From positions 6,235 to 70,234 of the forward strand of contig JACKAN010000015.1 in the NCBI GenBank assembly GCA_020635055.1: a stretch of 64,000 nt of DNA, in the 5' to 3' direction. How positions within the stretch are numbered: position 1 is the stretch's first letter; every line of letters starts with the position of its first letter. Positions 57,796 through 64,000 of the stretch are shown here, one piece after another. Position numbers and translations under genes: made by a program. The notes beneath the pieces are model-generated. The model did no database searches. It was not told the DNA's origin and saw nothing but the letters and a program-made list of their open reading frames with translations. This DNA comes from Pseudobdellovibrionaceae bacterium. Its GTDB lineage: Bacteria; Bdellovibrionota; Bdellovibrionia; Bdellovibrionales; UBA1609.

Positions 57796-59037
57796 ATGTG
57801 TGGCAGCTCGACGATTTACATTGTAAAAGCAATAGATAAATTTAAAAGAAATAAAATAAAAGCTTTTGAAGAATTAACCAATGAAGTTTCAAAATCAGTA
57901 TCAGATTCTTTGAATAAACTTTTAAATGCTGAGATGGAATTTTTCTTGGGTCAGCCAGAACAAAAAAGTAATAAAAGAAATGGTTATTACGAAAGAGAAT
58001 TTGTTTTAAAGGGTATTGGTCAACTACGTTTACGCGTACCTAAAGATCGTCACAGTAAGTTTAAAAGTGTGATTGTTCCTGAAAATGAACGATTGGATAG
58101 CCGTTTAAAACAAGATCTGGCCGCTCTTCACTTGTCTGGCATATCCAACAGAACATTGTCCCTAATATCAAAAAGAATATTAGGCGTACAAGTATCGCCA
58201 CAAACAGTCCACAACTCATTAGCCACATTGGAGCCAAAAGCATTAGAGTGGCTGGAACGTCCACTTGATGAAGATTATTGGGCTTTATTTATTGACGGTA
58301 CAAATTTTAAAGTTCAAAGACGTGGTTCAACTGAGAAAGAACCAACTCTTGTTGTTCTAGGTATAAATAACAGGAATTCCTTTAGTATACTGGCAATGGA
58401 GCCAGGTCAGAAAGACAGTGCAGATTCATGGGAGGCTGTTTTTACTAGTTTAATACAACGTGGGTTAAACACTAACAAAGTTCAAATAGGAGTAATGGAT
58501 GGTCTGCCTGGGTTAGAGAAAAAGTTTAAGGAGTACTTTACCAAAGCAGTGACTGCCCGTTGTTGGGTGCATGCTAAAAAGAATGCCTTACAAAAAGTAT
58601 CAAAAAAATTATCATTGGCTTTTGACGAACAATTAAGTCAAGTGATGTATGCAAATAGCGAATCATCAGCACGAGTAGCTTTTAACAACTTAAAACAACA
58701 TTTGAATAAAGATGCAGATCGAGCAGTAAAGTGTATAGAAAAAGATTTAGAATCACTTTTAGTGCACTATAGATTTGAAGAAAAGTTTTGGCGAACCTTA
58801 AAGACTACAAATCCAATTGAGAGAATAAATAAGGAACTTAAAAGAAGAACAAAATCAATGGAGGGCTTGGGCCAGTCAACATTAAATGTAGTATTAGCAT
58901 TTACTGCAATGAGACTAGAGTATAATTGGAGAACAACACCAGTTGACTCACCAAAGTTAAATAACTTAAAAGGTAGGAGGGAACAAAAACAGGTACTTAA
59001 CAAAGTAGAGGATACATTAGAAAATCTTATACATTAA
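57796..59037 (+). CDS. IS256-family (Mutator-type) transposase, second divergent copy
   Basis: ..AEMEFFLG..KRNGYYEREF..LRVPKDRHSKF.., FIDGTNFKV, GVMDGLPGL, ARCWVHAKKNALQKV, NPIERINKELKRR. Confidence 0.88.
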   Translation: MCGSSTIYIVKAIDKFKRNKIKAFEELTNEVSKSVSDSLNKLLNAEMEFFLGQPEQKSNKRNGYYEREFVLKGIGQLRLRVPKDRHSKFKSVIVPENERLDSRLKQDLAALHLSGISNRTLSLISKRILGVQVSPQTVHNSLATLEPKALEWLERPLDEDYWALFIDGTNFKVQRRGSTEKEPTLVVLGINNRNSFSILAMEPGQKDSADSWEAVFTSLIQRGLNTNKVQIGVMDGLPGLEKKFKEYFTKAVTARCWVHAKKNALQKVSKKLSLAFDEQLSQVMYANSESSARVAFNNLKQHLNKDADRAVKCIEKDLESLLVHYRFEEKFWRTLKTTNPIERINKELKRRTKSMEGLGQSTLNVVLAFTAMRLEYNWRTTPVDSPKLNNLKGRREQKQVLNKVEDTLENLIH

Positions 59038-59323
59038 ACATAGCGGACACAAAAAATTTTACGCTACCTGTACATTTGAAAAGGTAGTCACCATGCTCTT
59101 TGGTCATTGCCTTTGTTCCAAATGATAATAAAAACTCATCGTTCAAAAAATCTGACTTTCGCTCAATAAGAGCCCGGTCAAAGCACAGTTCATTTTTATT
59201 TATTAACTTGTACAAACCTTCTTTAATTTTTGTATTAGCGGCTACAGCTTCTAACATGGGACTCTGTGTTCCACCTAAAAATACTAGAGCAGTAGTTAGA
59301 ACCAATACTTTATGAATACTCAT
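59027..59323 (-). pseudogene. secreted hypothetical gene truncated by the IS nest (native part 59075-59323)
   Basis: Signal peptide (VLVLTTALVFLGG). The last 15 codons are encoded by the IS end. A 35-codon in-frame continuation exists across the nest at 55247 downwards. Confidence 0.4.
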
Positions 59324-59631
59324 TGGGCAATTCCTCCTGGGTATTTTTAATATAGTTCTTGATCAAGCTCAATACCCAATATTAACTATAAATAAAACGT
59401 CACCATCATACTTGCTATCCGACCGACACTTAGAAATGCTGGAAAGTGCGGGTCGCAAATAGTTGGCCCACCTGGGCTGACGTGATGTTATAACTTGGAA
59501 TATAAATTGCATATAAATTGCGTAAGCTAGACTGTGTCCAAGATAGAGTTCATGGGTGGCTACTTGACTTGTTCCGCCCATGAATTAAGTGTTTAACGTT
59601 TAAAATGTTTACAATAAAAGGGAGATGAATT

Positions 59632-60081
59632 GTGATTATGCCGGTTAAGTTATTTGTAGTGACGATAATTCTGAGTTGCGCAACAGCAACCTTTGCTGAT
59701 GAATTCAATTTTCACATTGAGAACATGTGCATAAAATCCAACTCTTCCGAAGGTAAGCAATTGGTTATTGAGGGCTTTGATCCTTTTGTTCCTTGGGCTC
59801 CTTTGAATTGGAAATCTAACTTGGAAGTTAGAAAAAAGGACGGGGAAGTGTATATTCATTTCGAACACAAGGTAAAGATTTTAGACAATCTTGTGAGCGT
59901 ATTTGTTAATGCTGACAATGATGCCGCGAGAAGAATGCAATTTACGCCTTGTTCATTGAGCGTTCCCACTGATTTTTCGACGGGTGAAATAGTTCGATTT
60001 CAAAGTGGTAACTCCGAGCTTCAGGTGGAATTACAAGATTGTCCGCAAAAATCTCACCCAAATCGCGTTTTGAAGAGGTAG
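59632..60081 (+). CDS. secreted hypothetical protein
   Basis: Signal peptide (LFVVTIILSCATATFA). The ATG at 59638 is possible. 149 aa. Confidence 0.5.
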   Translation: MIMPVKLFVVTIILSCATATFADEFNFHIENMCIKSNSSEGKQLVIEGFDPFVPWAPLNWKSNLEVRKKDGEVYIHFEHKVKILDNLVSVFVNADNDAARRMQFTPCSLSVPTDFSTGEIVRFQSGNSELQVELQDCPQKSHPNRVLKR

Positions 60082-60240
60082 TAAAATATTTTGTGTAAAT
60101 CAGCAGTTGCTGTTTATTTAATTTAATAACTCTTTTCTTTTACCCCTCGATTTTAATAGTTTGTATTTTTAATTTCGAGGGTAGTGAAAGGAGGGAAAAT
60201 AATCAAATTACAAACTTTTGAATTAGCTAACCTCTAGGTT

Positions 60241-60862
60241 TTATTTTTTGTAAAGTCTAAAGGCCTCTAAAATTGGCATATCAACTGATCGTCCTTCTTT
60301 TGCATTTCCATAATTATGAATAACAAGGATCTCTTTACCTTTATCAAAATTAAAAGCAAAAAGATTGTTACCATATATTGATCTATAGATGCCACCTGCG
60401 TTCCAATATCCGACTACTACTTCAGGTTTCCATTCAAAGTGCAAATTGAGTATAATTAACTTCCCATCTTCACGTAAACCATAAATATGGCCTCCATGTG
60501 CGTGATATTCGTTTTTGCATTCGATATCAAAGTTAATTCCAAGAGGTTTCATTGCCATAACTTCTTTAAGCTTTTCTTTAAATGGAGTGCGATAATTATC
60601 TGGATCTACATGGGTTATTTCATATTTAACTTTACAGGGATTTTCTAAATTTTTAATTATACCACTTGTAAAACCAGTTCCTTCCCATGTGCCAACTATA
60701 TTACTGTATAGAAAGTCTCTTTTTTCTTGCGGAACACTGTTTTTTAAACTCTTTAATTAATCAAAATAATCATTTTGATTAAGAAAAATATCCGCTTGAA
60801 TATGTAGACCTTAAAAAGTTAAGAATAATAAGAATAAACATTGCTATGAAAATACGGTACAT
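60241..60862 (-). pseudogene. secreted hypothetical protein, frameshifted near its 5' end
   Basis: ATG at 60862 gives signal peptide MYRIFIAMFILIILNF.. and stops after 27 codons. A second frame is open from about 60757 through the annotated 105-aa ORF (60241-60558). Confidence 0.4.
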
Positions 60863-61597
60863 ATATTACTCCAAATGCTCAGTTACTTTCTGTTTTCCCA
60901 GGACACCCATATCCATCATGTTTAATAATATTTTCTCTTAGAAGTTTCTAACTGCAAGATAAGTTCCAAAAGTTAAGTGGTTAGAATGAGTTTGTAAAAT
61001 ACTAGTTACCGAAATCATTCATGCAGTTTTCTGAAAGTTTTTTGAAAAAAAATGATAATCACACAATACTTAGTGCTTTATCCACTTCTGCCTTTGCGAA
61101 TGAATCTAGCTCAGTGGTTCTAACTTCTCGCCATACAGGGGGAGATTATACTTCTGCATAAATTCATCCAATTCTGATTTTTAACACAGATTTTTGCCTT
61201 TTCTCGATCCTATTTTCTGGTTCAGTCTTTTAGGCTACCTCACTGGGTGTTTTTTTTGGTGGTGAGAGTAATAAATCGTTGTTCAGTTTAGAAGTCCTAC
61301 ACCATTAGATATAATTTAGATGTCTTTGTTCTGTGATTTCTCTTTATTTTCAAGTCGACTAAGCATATAGTAATTCGTGGTGTCGACATCGGCTGCTTCC
61401 ACCATTTACGACACTCCGAAAGTGGATTAAGCGATTGATATGATTCAATTTTGGGGTCAAGAGCAGTGGGTTCAAGGTTCCGGGATGCAGAGAGGAATCA
61501 AGCGCGTATGAAGCGCGTATGAAGCTATTGTTAAATGGTGGAGCTGTCCTAGTCGTCTCCGGTGATATGAGTAGTTTATTGTTAGGAGACTTTAAAA

Positions 61598-61780
61598 ATG
61601 CCTTTAATTTGCCAGTTTTTCGGAATTAAAATTTACATGTATTGGGATGAGCATTTTTCTACTGCAAAACAATTAAAACTCATATTGGCTTGGTGTGAAA
61701 TTCATAAAAAAGAGCTGATTCAAAACTGGAATTCAGCGAGAGAAAACGGCGAGATCAATAAGATCGAGCCATTGAAATGA
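61598..61780 (+). CDS. DUF4160-family protein with internal deletion
   Basis: N-terminus MPLICQFFGIKIYMYWDEH and C-terminus ..AWCEIHKKELIQNWNSAR..INKIEPL match DUF4160, but the central PPHFHA-containing segment is absent (60 aa instead of about 85). Confidence 0.6.
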   Translation: MPLICQFFGIKIYMYWDEHFSTAKQLKLILAWCEIHKKELIQNWNSARENGEINKIEPLK

Positions 61781-62082
61781 GGTTTGTAATGTTAGCAACA
61801 GTTATTCAGGTGAAACCAACTAGTGACTTTAAGGTCTACGTTTATTTTGCTGATGGAAAAATAAAGCTTTTTGATGTGAGGCCGCTCATTGATAAAGGTG
61901 GTGTGTTTCAGCAGATTGCAGACGTACAAGACTTTATTGAAATGTGCACCGTAATGAATGGGACTTTAGCTTGGGATGTTGCTGGAAACTTTAACGACGA
62001 AAAATGTATCGATATTGATCCAGAGACGATATACAGCGCGGGAAAAGATGTTTCGGATCCAATGGAAACCGAAGTTGCATAG
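61777..62082 (+). CDS. DUF2442-family protein
   Basis: ..VKPTSDFKVYVYFADGKIKLFDV..GVFQQI.D...F....V.NGTLAW...GNF...CIDIDPETIY.. pattern. Overlaps the upstream gene by 4 nt. Confidence 0.65.
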   Translation: MRFVMLATVIQVKPTSDFKVYVYFADGKIKLFDVRPLIDKGGVFQQIADVQDFIEMCTVMNGTLAWDVAGNFNDEKCIDIDPETIYSAGKDVSDPMETEVA

Positions 62083-62292
62083 CTATCAAAATAGGTGCAT
62101 TAGTCTACCTAAACCCTTTAAACAAATGATTCATGATGTTGTGTCGAAGTTAGGAAAAAGAGTATTTTTGTAAATTTATTTGTAAATAAATTATTATTTG
62201 TTATGAACTAAGCTTTTAAGCAAACTTTTAGATGAATCTGTAATTGTAGATGAATCTATAATTATAACAGATGGACAGTGTGAGGGTGTAAC

Positions 62293-63429
62293 ATGACAAA
62301 GTTTTTTTTCTTTTTATTCACGTCAGTAATGATTGGATCTGGCTTAGGAACAGTGGCCGAGGCCTCAAAAGCTCGCCTAGAAGCTTTAGGTCAAGGAGCC
62401 GATGGTTCCTACTTTATAAATGACAATCGCAATATATTTTTAAATCCAGCTACAATAATAGGTATGAACAATCAGTTAAACATAGAAGTGGGTAATAACG
62501 GTGGAGTCAACCCAAAGGCTGAAGGTGGCCTGATACACAGTAATGAAGTTGGCACATTTGGACTTCACTTAGGGCGATTAGGTATGGGAGCTCAAAATAT
62601 ATCCAGGGCGGAAACAGATTTGACTTATGTTTTGTTTAACCCGCAAAATTCTGTTGAATTATTTTTTGGTAGAGATTTAGGAGGCTTTAATGTGGGGGCC
62701 TCACTATTATATTCTAACTCTAAGTCCGATACGGGAGAAACTGTTAATTTGCCCGATGATAAAGCTTCAGTAATGACGATGAAAGTAGGCACCCATAATG
62801 ATAGTTTTGGGGCTTTCTTTGCTTACAGCATCAATGAAGAATCAAAAACTGAAGACCTTGCGAGTGTGATTCGTGAATATGAGGCTACCAGTTCTATGAA
62901 GTTAGGTGGAGTTTATAATTTAAATGATAATTTAAAACTTTCGGCTCAAGTAACTCAATTAGATTTTAAATTTAATAATGGTGCGGGGCTCACAGGAACT
63001 AGTGGCCAACAGGATTTGGTTTTGAACATGTATAACCATCTAGTAGGAGATAAAGAATTTTTCGTGTTTTATACTGTAGGAATTACTCAAGCAAAGCAAA
63101 CTAAGGATTATGACACTGTCTCGGCAAATGATGTTGAAGAATCACAAATGTACCTACCCCTGGCTATTGGTGCAGAAGCTCAAGTTAAAGATTGGTTAAC
63201 ATTAAGGGCCTCAGTGAAACAGAATACACTTATCGATAATACTGAACTCAAGAATGCCGCTACAGATTTAAAAACAAGTAACCTTGATGATACAGTTATT
63301 TCGGCTGGATTGGGATTGCATTTTGGCAAAGTGACTATAGATGGACTTCTTGAGGGTGCAAGGAGTGGAACAGGAAACATAAGTGGCAATTCATTTTTAG
63401 CTAATGCGTCACTTAACTACAGTTATTAA
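62293..63429 (+). CDS. outer-membrane beta-barrel (porin-like) protein
   Basis: Signal peptide (..GSGLGTVAEA), 16-18 amphipathic strands, C-terminal ..ASLNYSY. Confidence 0.6.
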   Translation: MTKFFFFLFTSVMIGSGLGTVAEASKARLEALGQGADGSYFINDNRNIFLNPATIIGMNNQLNIEVGNNGGVNPKAEGGLIHSNEVGTFGLHLGRLGMGAQNISRAETDLTYVLFNPQNSVELFFGRDLGGFNVGASLLYSNSKSDTGETVNLPDDKASVMTMKVGTHNDSFGAFFAYSINEESKTEDLASVIREYEATSSMKLGGVYNLNDNLKLSAQVTQLDFKFNNGAGLTGTSGQQDLVLNMYNHLVGDKEFFVFYTVGITQAKQTKDYDTVSANDVEESQMYLPLAIGAEAQVKDWLTLRASVKQNTLIDNTELKNAATDLKTSNLDDTVISAGLGLHFGKVTIDGLLEGARSGTGNISGNSFLANASLNYSY

Positions 63430-63460
63430 TTAATATACATAAATATCATAGGAGGGGATT

Positions 63461-64000
63461 ATGAACCTAATTAAATTATTGTCAGTTTTAATAATGGGCA
63501 CTTTTTTTATGGCTTGCAGTGGACCAGAAACATCAAGTAACAGTGGCGATTTTTGGAAAACGGGATTGCCTCAACAATACAATAAACTAAGTGAGGAAAA
63601 AGAGAAGAAAGCTCATGAGCTAGTATCGATGGCAGAAGATGTATTGTATAGCCTTAATGAGAATACGATTGCTGGATATTTATCAATGAAAAATTATTTT
63701 AAAGCTGGCAACTATGAAAAGCAAAATTTTAGAAACGACATTCGTAGTTTATGTTTATTTGAAAGCCTACAAGAATCGAATCGTGATAAAACAGTGGAAT
63801 ACAAATGGACGGATAGCGCTCAAAAATCTACTCGAGGATTAAATAAAGAAAGGGGTGAGGAGCTGATATCTTGTCCAATTGAGCTTTCTGGAACTCAAAC
63901 CAATTTCAGCAGCACAACGACTCAAGCCCTTGAAAATGTAACATTAAGTAGTTCTCAGTTGAATTATGCTCTCAAGCCTCTAAAAGAAGAAGATACGAGG
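63461..64000 (+). CDS. lipoprotein (partial, runs off window end)
   Basis: AGGAGG at 63450 and ATG at 63461. Lipobox LIMGTFFMAC. The frame is open for 180 codons to the window edge. Not in the ORF track because no stop is present. Confidence 0.6.
   Translation, partial: MNLIKLLSVLIMGTFFMACSGPETSSNSGDFWKTGLPQQYNKLSEEKEKKAHELVSMAEDVLYSLNENTIAGYLSMKNYFKAGNYEKQNFRNDIRSLCLFESLQESNRDKTVEYKWTDSAQKSTRGLNKERGEELISCPIELSGTQTNFSSTTTQALENVTLSSSQLNYALKPLKEEDTR

Larger units (their letters stand above)
55248..59074 (+). mobile_element. nested IS: IS256-type element (IRs at both ends, transposase at 3' side) invaded by an IS66-type tnpABC unit
   Basis: IRL 55248-55281 TGTACATTGGTAGCGTAAAAAAAATTGTGTCTCC versus the reverse complement of IRR 59045-59074, TGTACAGGTAGCGTAAAATTTTTTGTGTCC. 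IRR ends 37 nt after the IS256-type transposase stop, the same geometry as the intact copy at 35036. No clean TSD found. Confidence 0.6.

Noticed and set aside
59369-59581. A 70-aa minus-strand ORF in the spacer before the 59632 gene.
   Set aside because: No RBS, odd composition, and it overlaps the likely promoter region of the downstream secreted-protein gene. Not supported.
61095-61150. A tRNA-like fragment (..tctagctcagtggttctaac..), a possible tRNA gene or integration-site remnant.
   Set aside because: No acceptor stem, complementary D-stem, anticodon arm or T-arm can be drawn. Only the D-loop-like octamer matches. Insufficient evidence.

Overview
AT-rich (by eye under 40% GC) bacterial chromosomal segment. 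Its gene content resembles Bdellovibrio-like or Oligoflexia-type organisms, which is an inference from gene families only. The layout is as follows. (1) 1-13.1 kb holds housekeeping genes: GT2 mannosyltransferase, mutL, miaA, yicC-gmk-rpoZ-spoT and doxX, with several secreted or outer-membrane beta-barrel proteins among them. (2) 13.6-30.0 kb, minus strand, holds ssb and a complete type II secretion locus, gspC-D-E-F-G-H-I-J-K-L-M-N. This locus is disturbed three times. A group II intron with RT/maturase and a recognisable domain V lies between gspK and gspL. A frameshifted yceI-like gene lies between gspD and gspE. A roughly 770-bp patch of homopolymer indels and one in-frame stop breaks the gspC 3' end and the gspD 5' end. 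(3) 30-32 kb holds a hypothetical gene and a rhomboid protease. (4) 32.1-38.3 kb holds a very large phage-tail-fibre-like surface fibre gene. It reconstructs to 1607 codons and ends in an S74-type intramolecular chaperone motif and a coiled coil. An IS256-family element with a 9-bp target duplication splits it. The gene also contains 620-bp in-frame direct repeats that could excise the IS by recombination. (5) 38.3-52.7 kb holds secreted hypotheticals, a c-type cytochrome pair divergent from a CxxCH-bearing putative outer-membrane barrel, an SH3 plus Cys/His amidase-like protein coupled to a small secreted protein, mpl, a LysR regulator and a membrane spermidine-synthase-like protein. (6) 52.8-59.1 kb is an IS landing zone. 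It contains an IS4-like element (16-bp IRs, 9-bp TSD) carrying a RAYT-like HUH gene and a decayed DDE transposase. It also contains an IS66-type tnpABC unit nested inside an IS256-type element. (7) 59-64 kb holds small secreted proteins, a DUF4160/DUF2442 pair, an OM barrel and a partial lipoprotein. No rRNA, tRNA or CRISPR array was recognised. No clear novel multi-gene system could be proven from sequence alone. The best candidates are the fibre gene with its recombination architecture, the amidase/partner pair and the cytochrome/heme-barrel cluster.
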